Shown in pieces: positions 17,093 to 23,663 of a stretch of DNA of 64,000 nt (position 1 is its first letter; each line of letters starts with the position of its first letter). Source of the stretch: a virus. The notes below the pieces were generated by a model. The model was not told where the DNA came from, ran no database searches, and was given only the letters and a program-made list of their open reading frames with translations. Position numbers and translations under genes: made by a program. The DNA lies in the IMG/VR virus record IMGVR_UViG_3300020215_000050, positions 21,495 through 85,494 of that record; one strand, 5' to 3'.

Positions 17093-17583
17093 CAGTCCCT
17101 CCCTGCGTTCACGATCTTGGACATCTGCCGAAGGTCCTTCTTCAGCTGCTTCTCGTCGTAGGTCGGCGCCTCGACCACCGCCCGGACCTCGTCGATGTCG
17201 AAGTGGCGGAGGTAGGCGCGGACCTCGTCCCAGTACTCACCGGGGTAGTTGGGGATGCCCTGCCAGGTCCCGTCGAGGCTGAGCAGGTGCTCGAGCTTGC
17301 GGGCGGCCTCGAGCCCGTACCGGCGGGCGAGCTTGACGTAGGCGATCATGCGGGTCCCGATGACCTCGATCAGGTCCGGGCTCGCGAAGGCGTACCGGCG
17401 GCGGGGGCGGAAGTTCGGGCCGACGTTGGTCGGGTCGACCACGGCCTTGGCGTCGCACATGACGTGCCAGTGGTCCATCGGGCGGGAATTCTCCCACTGC
17501 CCGTCGGAGATCTGACCCTTGAGCTCGAGCTCGTACAGGGCGACCATGTCGGAGTTGGGGAAGGCGATCTGAAGGTGGCTCAT
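17092..17583 (-). CDS. Hypothetical protein, first gene behind promoter cassette 2
   Basis: ELKGQISDGQWENS motif; strong SD in the cassette. Confidence 0.65.
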   Translation of the reverse strand: MSHLQIAFPNSDMVALYELELKGQISDGQWENSRPMDHWHVMCDAKAVVDPTNVGPNFRPRRRYAFASPDLIEVIGTRMIAYVKLARRYGLEAARKLEHLLSLDGTWQGIPNYPGEYWDEVRAYLRHFDIDEVRAVVEAPTYDEKQLKKDLRQMSKIVNAGRD

Positions 17584-17586
17584 GTT

Positions 17587-17654
17587 ATCCTCTCGGGTTT
17601 TTGTCCATCGAAGATTATGGTTGACAATCTATCAGGAACCGGCCGGATTGTCAA
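17587..17654 (-). promoter_or_regulatory. Early promoter plus conserved leader (copy 2)
   Basis: TTGACA-N17-TAGATT and the identical 26-mer at 17587-17612. Confidence 0.8.
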
Positions 17655-17673
17655 CCTTTTGTTGTGATGAAAA

Positions 17674-18027
17674 TTAGTACCTGCCCGTGGTCCAGTACGG
17701 GTGCCAGAAGGGGAGGTCGACCCGACCGGACTTTGTCGTCGGGGGGTTCCGACGGCGGCGGCGGGCCTTCGTCACCCGCTTGGTGGTGGAGTAGATGCGG
17801 TCGTACTTGGAGCCGTACGTCTCGTGGTTATCGCCCGTGGACGACTCGGTCTTCGTGACCATCACGAACTCCTGGCCGTCGGGCTGGCGCTCGGTGATCT
17901 CCACGGCCATGATCTGGCCGCGGGGGTCGACGGACTCGTACGCCTTCGTGGCGTGGTCCAGGAACTCGAACTGGCTGGTGAACCAGTGGCCGCCGTGCGT
18001 CTTGACGGTGACGGTGTACTTCTTCAT
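17674..18027 (-). CDS. Hypothetical protein with basic C-terminus
   Basis: ORF track; GGAGGG SD. Confidence 0.55.
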   Translation of the reverse strand: MKKYTVTVKTHGGHWFTSQFEFLDHATKAYESVDPRGQIMAVEITERQPDGQEFVMVTKTESSTGDNHETYGSKYDRIYSTTKRVTKARRRRRNPPTTKSGRVDLPFWHPYWTTGRY

Positions 18028-18044
18028 GGGAGATCCCTCCTCGG

Positions 18045-18269
18045 CTAGTCGTTGATGACGATCAGGTGGATGTCGGTGGACTTCTGTACGTAGCGGACGT
18101 GGAGGATGTCGCCCTCGTCGTCCACCCGCTTGCTCGTGCGGACAAAGTCGGTCCCGTCGCCGATCGTGGTCGGCAGGGAGGCGGGCCAGCCCCTCAGTGA
18201 CAGGTCGCTGGCCTCGCAGACGAAGTCCCGACCGTTGCGGGACTTCGAGACGTCGTTGGGAGTGATCAT
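18045..18269 (-). CDS. Hypothetical protein
   Basis: EASDL...WP...L...ND pattern. Confidence 0.5.
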   Translation of the reverse strand: MITPNDVSKSRNGRDFVCEASDLSLRGWPASLPTTIGDGTDFVRTSKRVDDEGDILHVRYVQKSTDIHLIVIND

Positions 18270-18270
18270 G

Positions 18271-18480
18271 TTAGCCGACCACCATGAAGCCGGCCTGGGC
18301 GAACCAGATGGGTTGGGCCTCGCGGTTCCAACCGAGCGGGAAAATCGCGGTGAACCTGTTCTGGGTGTTCTTGACGATCAGGTACTCGAACCGATCGAGC
18401 TTCTTCATCCTGAGGCCTTGGAGGAGCTTGTCCTCGGTCGCGTACGACCGGCACTCGTCGATGTTCATCTTCTGGGCCAT
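18271..18480 (-). CDS. Hypothetical protein, first gene behind promoter cassette 3
   Basis: MAQKMNIDE; the track extension upstream is the shared leader. Confidence 0.6.
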   Translation of the reverse strand: MAQKMNIDECRSYATEDKLLQGLRMKKLDRFEYLIVKNTQNRFTAIFPLGWNREAQPIWFAQAGFMVVG

Positions 18481-18484
18481 GTTG

Positions 18485-18551
18485 ATCCTCTCGGGTTTTT
18501 GTCCATCGAAAATCATGGTCCCATCCTACCCCAGCCGGCCGGGAAAGTCAA
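18485..18551 (-). promoter_or_regulatory. Early promoter plus conserved leader (copy 3)
   Basis: TTGACT-N17-TAGGAT and the identical 26-mer at 18485-18510. Confidence 0.8.
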
Positions 18552-18590
18552 CATCTTTTTTGGTGATGGAAAAAGGCCCGGAAATTAACA

Positions 18591-18618
18591 GTTTACCGCA
18601 TTAAAAATCCGGTATAAT
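18591..18618 (+). promoter_or_regulatory. Probable promoter of the tRNA region
   Basis: GTTTAC...GGTATAAT in an AT-rich island, divergent from cassette 3. Confidence 0.55.
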
Positions 18619-18634
18619 TAAAGCCACGTTTCCT

Positions 18635-18717
18635 GTCCTCGTAGCCGAGGCCGCCTTCTAAGCGGTTATCCGTAACCGGAGCTGAGAATGCGGGTTCGAA
18701 TCCTGCCGAGGACGCCA
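18635..18717 (+). tRNA. Non-canonical tRNA-Arg(UCU)-like RNA lacking a D-arm
   Basis: GTCCTCG/CGAGGAC acceptor, GCCA end, loop CTTCTAA, T-loop TTCGAAT; only 8 nt between acceptor and anticodon stems; 23-nt variable region. Confidence 0.8.
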
Positions 18718-18723
18718 GAGCAT

Positions 18724-18800
18724 GTGGACGTGACCCGAATGGCTAGGGGCCGACCTGCAACGTCGCGTACATGTGGGTTCGACTCCCACCGTCCACTCCA
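18724..18800 (+). tRNA. tRNA-Cys(GCA)
   Basis: GTGGACG/CGTCCAC, loop CTGCAAC, U73, CCA. Confidence 0.88.
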
Positions 18801-18805
18801 CTACC

Positions 18806-18880
18806 GGGGCCTCATGTACCAAGGGGGCGAGACTGCCTTGCAAGCAGACTGGGACGGTTCGATTCCGTCAGGCTCCACCA
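18806..18880 (+). tRNA. tRNA-Ala(UGC)
   Basis: G3:U70 pair, loop CTTGCAA, A73, CCA. Confidence 0.9.
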
Positions 18881-18896
18881 ACTTTGGAGGTTCGCT

Positions 18897-19178
18897 ATGG
18901 AAGAAGACGGGCTGTCGGTCCTCGAGGGCACCATCCAGTTCCGCGAATACGCGCCGGAGGAGCTCGTCGTGTGGGACGGCAGATCCCTGACCACCAACGT
19001 GCTCAGGTTCAAGGAGCCCGAGGACGAGCGCGAGCTCGAGTGGAAGGACCGCCTGCAGAGGAAGCGACGGCGCCGTTTCAACCGCTCCATCGCGGCGAGC
19101 AAGATCCCCAACGGCGGCCGGAAGGGCATCGTCTCCCGCCGGGTCCTGATGAACCGGGTCCTCGATGTCGGAGCTTGA
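18897..19178 (+). CDS. Small basic protein, KGxV motif copy A
   Basis: GGAGG SD; RKRRRRF...NGGRKGIVSRRV. Confidence 0.6.
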   Translation: MEEDGLSVLEGTIQFREYAPEELVVWDGRSLTTNVLRFKEPEDERELEWKDRLQRKRRRRFNRSIAASKIPNGGRKGIVSRRVLMNRVLDVGA

Positions 19179-19419
19179 TCCCGTCCGCCTCCACAAGAGG
19201 TACATCCAGCGGTGGCAGAAGTCCGACGACTGCGCCGAGAAGTGGTCCGATCGGGTGTCGAGGGTCGACGACCTCAACCAGGACATCAAGGGGGAGGTCA
19301 ACCCGCGGGTGATGAAGAGGCTGAGGAGGTCCTATGTTACGAGATCTGTGGCCCGGATGCTCGTTGAGGAGGAGAAGAGAAAAGCACGACCACGCGCTCG
19401 TCGCCGAGTACTGCGGTAG
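19165..19419 (+). CDS. Small basic protein, KGxV motif copy B
   Basis: NQDIKGEVNPRV. Confidence 0.55.
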   Translation: MSELDPVRLHKRYIQRWQKSDDCAEKWSDRVSRVDDLNQDIKGEVNPRVMKRLRRSYVTRSVARMLVEEEKRKARPRARRRVLR

Positions 19420-19576
19420 GTACATCGTATGGTGGCAGAAGAGCGAGCCGTGGCGGAGGCGGAACCTGCTGAAGCGGATCGAGCGGAACAAGTACCTGGC
19501 ATTGCCTGGCCGAAGGAAGGGCCCGGTCGCTCCGTGGGTCTTGGCCTCAAATACCTCGAAGAGCTCAAGCCGCTAG
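19334..19576 (+). CDS. Small basic protein, KGxV motif copy C
   Basis: AGGAGG SD; PGRRKGPVAPWV. Confidence 0.5.
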   Translation: MLRDLWPGCSLRRRREKHDHALVAEYCGRYIVWWQKSEPWRRRNLLKRIERNKYLALPGRRKGPVAPWVLASNTSKSSSR

Positions 19577-19722
19577 TGAGGCGGAGGTTCTTGAGGAGGG
19601 TGCCGCTGCTGATGAGGCTGAACGGGATCCACAAGGGCAAGGTAGACAGAAGGGTGAAGATGTCATGGAAGGCTGGGACGGAGGCGGCGGGCCGGCGGAG
19701 CCGCAGTGGTCGGGACCGGTAG
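19534..19722 (+). CDS. Small basic protein, KGxV motif copy D
   Basis: NGIHKGKVDRRV; start uncertain (19429, 19534 or 19576). Confidence 0.45.
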   Translation: MGLGLKYLEELKPLVRRRFLRRVPLLMRLNGIHKGKVDRRVKMSWKAGTEAAGRRSRSGRDR

Positions 19723-19886
19723 TCAAGTCGGACAAGCTGGTGGAGAATCGCCTCCGCGAGCGGAGGAACCAGCGCACGAACCGGCAGGGACTGTACAGGA
19801 ACGGGTACAACAAGGGCAAGGTGAACGCCCGGGTGCTGCCGAGGGGCGGCATCTTTAGGGGGGTAAACTGGAGGAACTTTCTTTAG
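19665..19886 (+). CDS. Small basic protein, KGxV motif copy E
   Basis: NGYNKGKVNARV. Confidence 0.5.
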   Translation: MEGWDGGGGPAEPQWSGPVVKSDKLVENRLRERRNQRTNRQGLYRNGYNKGKVNARVLPRGGIFRGVNWRNFL

Positions 19887-19968
19887 GCCACGTAGCCGAG
19901 CGACGCTTCGAACGTCGTAACCGTAGCTGGAGCTGAGAAGGCGGGTTCGAATCCTGTCGTGGCCTCCA
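19886..19968 (+). tRNA. Non-canonical tRNA-Arg(UCG)-like RNA lacking a D-arm
   Basis: GGCCACG/CGTGGCC, loop CTTCGAA, T-loop TTCGAAT, CCA; 8-nt linker; 23-nt variable region. Confidence 0.8.
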
Positions 19969-19970
19969 AA

Positions 19971-20051
19971 GCTCACGTAACCCCCGGGCTTGCGAAGTCC
20001 GAGAAAGGTAACCGGAGGCAGATGCAGGTTCGAGTCCTGCCGTGAGCGCCA
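19971..20051 (+). tRNA. Non-canonical tRNA-Arg(GCG)-like RNA lacking a D-arm
   Basis: GCTCACG/CGTGAGC, loop TTGCGAA, T-loop TTCGAGT, GCCA; 7-nt linker; 22-nt variable region. Confidence 0.78.
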
Positions 20052-20069
20052 ATTTTCGAAGAGGTCGCC

Positions 20070-20354
20070 ATGATGACCGGGAGGCAGTGGTACGAGATCT
20101 GGACGCCGAGGGGCAAGACGAGGATGGAGATGGGTCACCCTGTCAGCTGGGAGAAGACCTACTCCTACCACCTGAGGAGGCAACTGAGGGTACATAGGAT
20201 CGACGGCGGCGACCTCTATCACTTCCACCGGCAGATGGAAAAACAGATCCAACAGCAGCGGCAGATGGACATCGTCATGGACTACGTTTGGGGGATTGCC
20301 GCCCACTTCGTCTTGATCGTCGTCGGCCTCGCGATGTTCCTGCTGCTGAGATAA
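20070..20354 (+). CDS. Hypothetical protein with C-terminal TM segment
   Basis: GAGG SD; hydrophobic C-terminus. Confidence 0.55.
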   Translation: MMTGRQWYEIWTPRGKTRMEMGHPVSWEKTYSYHLRRQLRVHRIDGGDLYHFHRQMEKQIQQQRQMDIVMDYVWGIAAHFVLIVVGLAMFLLLR

Positions 20355-20355
20355 A

Positions 20356-20431
20356 GCGCCCGTCGTCTACGGGAAAGGATGTCTCCCTTTCAAGGAGAAC
20401 GACGTGGGTTCGAATCCCACCGGGCGCGCCA
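20356..20431 (+). tRNA. tRNA-Glu(UUC)
   Basis: GCGCCCG/CGGGCGC, TCTCC-CTTTCAA-GGAGA, CCA. Confidence 0.88.
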
Positions 20432-20439
20432 ACTAAATA
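20432..20439 (+). promoter_or_regulatory. T4-type late promoter (ACTAAATA)
   Basis: Directly before tRNA-Ser(GCU). Confidence 0.5.
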
Positions 20440-20440
20440 C

Positions 20441-20529
20441 GGAGAGTCAACCGGGGAGGTTCCCGGGGCTCCCTGCTAAGGATGCCGGACCCGGTCGGGT
20501 CTGTGTTTCGAGTACACGGCTCTCCGCCA
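20441..20529 (+). tRNA. tRNA-Ser(GCU), atypical
   Basis: Loop CTGCTAA, long variable arm, G73, CCA; 6-bp D-stem, T53:A61. Confidence 0.75.
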
Positions 20530-20543
20530 CCAACGAGTGAACG

Positions 20544-20885
20544 ATGACGTTCAACCAGTACATGATCTGCCTGTTGATCCTCCTCGTGGCGGTCTTCATG
20601 TGGCTCGTCCTCGACCAGACGCCAGAGAAGAGGGAGCCGCCCAAGGCGACGACCCCGGAGCAGGCCAAGCTCGCAGTTGACAAAACGATCGAGAAAGATA
20701 ATTTACGACGACTCAAAAGGAAGGTGAACCGGACAGGCGCGCCGGACTCGCCTGGAAAGCGCAGTGGGCCTCCAAAAGGGGCTCGAGTTTCGAGTACTCC
20801 GCCTTCCGCCACTAGTTCCCTCGCGCGGGAAATGCTCCGCGGACACAGGCGCGAGCACGAGAGAAGGAAGAAAGACATGACATAG
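20544..20885 (+). CDS. Membrane-anchored hypothetical protein whose frame runs through tRNA-Ser(GGA)
   Basis: N-terminal TM segment; no stop before 20885. Confidence 0.4.
   Translation: MTFNQYMICLLILLVAVFMWLVLDQTPEKREPPKATTPEQAKLAVDKTIEKDNLRRLKRKVNRTGAPDSPGKRSGPPKGARVSSTPPSATSSLAREMLRGHRREHERRKKDMT
20719..20811 (+). tRNA. tRNA-Ser(GGA), atypical
   Basis: GGAAGGT/GCCTTCC, loop CTGGAAA, long variable arm, G73, CCA; T53:A61. Confidence 0.75.
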
Positions 20886-20907
20886 TGACCAACTATGGAG
20901 TGTCTAG

Positions 20908-21270
20908 ATGCGAGAGAAAGCGCAGTACCAGGTAGTCGTGAGGGACCGGATCTACCGGGCCAAGCACGACGGGACCTGGGGGATGTACTGGGACTGGTTC
21001 GTCGACTACAGGTGGTGGGGCTATCACCGGGCGATCGCGACCACCCAGGAGAGGCGGGCGAACAAGGGCCACCGGCAGGAGTTCCGAGAGGAGCGGTGGC
21101 CGGTGAAGTTCAGGATGAGGACCCGGATGGATCTTCCCAACGCCTGGGACGATCTCAACTTCGGCTCCAATAGGAAGTCATGGAAGGACCGCACGCGATG
21201 TCGAAGACAGTGGGAGGTGAACCTCCCTCCACGGAACTGCCCCCCTCCGAGGCTGAGGTGGGAGTGGTGA
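20908..21270 (+). CDS. Conserved basic phage protein (LPNAWDD...KSWK family)
   Basis: TTQERR...LPNAWDD...KSWK...RQW. Confidence 0.65.
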   Translation: MREKAQYQVVVRDRIYRAKHDGTWGMYWDWFVDYRWWGYHRAIATTQERRANKGHRQEFREERWPVKFRMRTRMDLPNAWDDLNFGSNRKSWKDRTRCRRQWEVNLPPRNCPPPRLRWEW

Positions 21271-21380
21271 CGTCGTGCGGGAACGTGTTCACTGACCTAG
21301 GGCTCGAGACCCCCACGGTCGCGGAGCTCAGGGCGGCCGTGAGATGGCGATGCGCCGTACGGGTCGTCTCCAACTCATAG
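21267..21380 (+). CDS. 37-aa peptide resembling the N-terminal GNVFxDLG motif of XRE/HigA-type regulators
   Basis: MTSCGNVFTDLGLETP; GTGA-coupled to the upstream gene. Confidence 0.4.
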   Translation: MTSCGNVFTDLGLETPTVAELRAAVRWRCAVRVVSNS

Positions 21381-21595
21381 CGGACATCTGGGTCTGCAGG
21401 CTCTTTGAGTTCGGGGCCACGCACTACAAGACCCTGGTGCGACCGATCCTGTTCCGCTTCCCTCCCGAGGCGGCGGGGAAGATTACGTTCTGGTCGCTGG
21501 AGGTCTGGAACCGGTCTCTGCAGAGACTCGAGGACTTGATCGAAGAGGCGGTGGCCAGGGACGAGACGAAGGTGCCCGACGACGGGCTCTGCTAG
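21344..21595 (+). CDS. Hypothetical protein
   Basis: ORF track. Confidence 0.4.
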   Translation: MAMRRTGRLQLIADIWVCRLFEFGATHYKTLVRPILFRFPPEAAGKITFWSLEVWNRSLQRLEDLIEEAVARDETKVPDDGLC

Positions 21596-21597
21596 AC

Positions 21598-21688
21598 GGA
21601 AGGTGAACCGTACGGGGTACGGCGACGCCTCGAAAGCGCACGGGCCCCCACTAAAGGGGCTGGGGATCGAGACCTCCGCCTTCCGCCA
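21598..21688 (+). tRNA. tRNA-Ser(CGA), atypical
   Basis: GGAAGGT/GCCTTCC, loop CTCGAAA, long variable arm, CCA; D-stem CCGTAC/GTACGG; T-loop ATCGAGA. Confidence 0.7.
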
Positions 21689-21689
21689 C

Positions 21690-21932
21690 TCACTTCAAGT
21701 TGGGAAACCACTGCCGCATCTGTCGGCGCCACTTGGAGTTCCGCCGGTTGTGCCACCAGAACCACCAGTCGTAGAAGTAGTCGTGCATGAAGTGGTCGAT
21801 CCTCTGCACGTGGACGTTGACCCACGAGCCGCATTGACACAGCTCGCAGGGGTCGTCGGGTCCCCCGTCGCGGTGGGCGGAGCAGATGGAGTACCACTCC
21901 TGCCGCCACAGCCCCCTGCCCCTGCTGACCAT
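21690..21932 (-). CDS. Hypothetical Cys/Trp-rich protein
   Basis: CSAH...CELC..G.W. Confidence 0.5.
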   Translation of the reverse strand: MVSRGRGLWRQEWYSICSAHRDGGPDDPCELCQCGSWVNVHVQRIDHFMHDYFYDWWFWWHNRRNSKWRRQMRQWFPNLK

Positions 21933-22135
21933 CAGACGATGATGAAGTAGACGAGCCAGGCGATCAGGGCGACGACGAGGCCCATGACGATCAGGAACAG
22001 CTCGACGATCGGGCTCGCGAAGTCGTAATCATGGTAGCTGCCACGGCCACGGAAGACTCCCATCTTCCTGCCGCACCACACCGCGCCGACGAAGCCCAGG
22101 ATCGTGGCTGCCGTCGGGATCAACCACCAGATCAT
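21932..22135 (-). CDS. Small two-TM membrane protein
   Basis: Hydrophobic segments. Confidence 0.55.
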   Translation of the reverse strand: MIWWLIPTAATILGFVGAVWCGRKMGVFRGRGSYHDYDFASPIVELFLIVMGLVVALIAWLVYFIIV

Positions 22136-22443
22136 TCGCCTTCCCTCCACACGTGTTCCATGCCCGCCGCCTCGAGCTCCTTCGTCAGGGCCTGCTCGTC
22201 GACGATGCGGGTCTCCCCGGTCGTGATCGTCTCCGCCATCTCCTCGAAGAGGGAGCCGGTCTTCTCGGGCTCGGGGGTGCCCTCGGTCCAGTGGTCGCCC
22301 TCGTCGGAGGCGTAGGCGGGTCGCTCGATGGTCAAGACGCTGACGGGGTCTACGTAGCCGAGCGACGGCTGCTTCGTGATCCCGATAAAGACGACTAGCT
22401 CAAGAATGATCGCAAAAACCAACCACTTGATCAACGGGTCCAT
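22132..22443 (-). CDS. Membrane-anchored hypothetical protein
   Basis: N-terminal TM segment. Confidence 0.5.
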   Translation of the reverse strand: MDPLIKWLVFAIILELVVFIGITKQPSLGYVDPVSVLTIERPAYASDEGDHWTEGTPEPEKTGSLFEEMAETITTGETRIVDEQALTKELEAAGMEHVWREGE

Positions 22444-22864
22444 CTTCCTCTCCCACGAACAGAGCCTTGGGAAGCGTCCCGAGGTTGTCCTTGTGCTGCG
22501 GACCCTCCCAGCCGACCGGCTTGATCAGGTCCGGCAATCCCAGCGGGTTCGGTCTTGACGCCTTTACCCCCGGTTCCTTGCTCATGTTCGCCCTGTGGAC
22601 CCTGTCCCAGGCCCTCTGCCCGTCCACGCCGAAGAGGTCGAGGGTGCCGATCGCGACGACGCACAGGTCGATCAGGGAGTCGACGACCCCGTCCGGATCC
22701 TGAAGCGACATCGCCGCACCCATCTCTCTCAACTCCTCGTCCAGGAATGCCTTCCTGAACCTAAGCATGGCCTCGAGCTTGCTGGCGTCGAAGTCTTTGA
22801 CCCGGCCATGGAACCCGTAGTGGGCGTGCATGGCGCGGATGTCCTTTACCCAGTCGCGACTCAT
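22400..22864 (-). CDS. MazG/PRA-PH-like nucleoside-triphosphate pyrophosphohydrolase
   Basis: FLDEELRE...VDSLIDL...AWDRVHRANMSK...DLIKP.GW. Confidence 0.8.
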   Translation of the reverse strand: MSRDWVKDIRAMHAHYGFHGRVKDFDASKLEAMLRFRKAFLDEELREMGAAMSLQDPDGVVDSLIDLCVVAIGTLDLFGVDGQRAWDRVHRANMSKEPGVKASRPNPLGLPDLIKPVGWEGPQHKDNLGTLPKALFVGEEDGPVDQVVGFCDHS

Positions 22865-22872
22865 CCGAGCTC

Positions 22873-23520
22873 CTAACCGGTCTTGATAGTGATGAAGTCT
22901 GGAACCTGCGTCGGCTGAAAGTCAAACTTTTTTGCAGGCTCGTTTGAAAGAATCTTAATCTCCGGCTCGGGGTCCCTCAGTCGAAGCCGATAGGAGGGTG
23001 GCTCCCCGGGCCTGGCGGGGCCGTACGGCTGGTTTCCCGTCCGTTTGAGTATCTTCTGCCACCGCCTCTGGGCCACGTCCCTGGACAGCCGGGTGAGCCG
23101 GGAGAGTAGGCTCAGGCCGTTGAGGTGGTCCAGCTCGTGCTGAAAGATGCGGGACCCGATGCCGTCTAGGGTCATGTTGGAGGTCTGCCCCGTCGGCGTC
23201 TGGAACCTGACCTTGACGACCTTCGGTCGCTTGACCTTGACCACGACGCCGGGGTACGTGAGGCAGCCCTCCTCGAGCTCGATCTCCTCCCGGGACTGGT
23301 CGATGATCCTCGGGTTGAAGCAGGCGAGATTGGGACTCGAGCGGACCGTGAACAGCCTGGCCCTCACCCCGACCTGGTTGGCGGCGAGGCCGATGCCCCC
23401 CTCCCTCCACATCGCGGCGATCAGGTCGTTGGCGAGCCGGACGGTCTCGTCGTTGAAGGCGTCGATCTCCGGCATCCTCTCTGAGAGGAGCGGGTCGTCC
23501 CACCTAGTCAGCTGCAGCAT
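22873..23520 (-). CDS. def: Peptide deformylase
   Basis: GIGLAANQ, EGCL, QHELDHL. Confidence 0.93.
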   Translation of the reverse strand: MLQLTRWDDPLLSERMPEIDAFNDETVRLANDLIAAMWREGGIGLAANQVGVRARLFTVRSSPNLACFNPRIIDQSREEIELEEGCLTYPGVVVKVKRPKVVKVRFQTPTGQTSNMTLDGIGSRIFQHELDHLNGLSLLSRLTRLSRDVAQRRWQKILKRTGNQPYGPARPGEPPSYRLRLRDPEPEIKILSNEPAKKFDFQPTQVPDFITIKTG

Positions 23521-23663
23521 TGAGGTGCTCCTCGGTCGCCACCATGATCCAGTAGTCGAGGCCGTCGCGGACGGTCACCGTTTGCCCGCGATAGCCCGTG
23601 AGGTATTTCCGAAAGAGGATCCTGGCCCTCATCTCGATCTCCACGTAGTCCTCGGGGCCGAGC

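Noticed and set aside
18635-20051. Reading the long variable regions of the tRNA-Arg genes as introns, or the genes as decayed pseudogenes
   Set aside because: The inserts are not at 37/38, removing them does not restore a D-arm, and the three genes share the architecture with intact, covarying stems.
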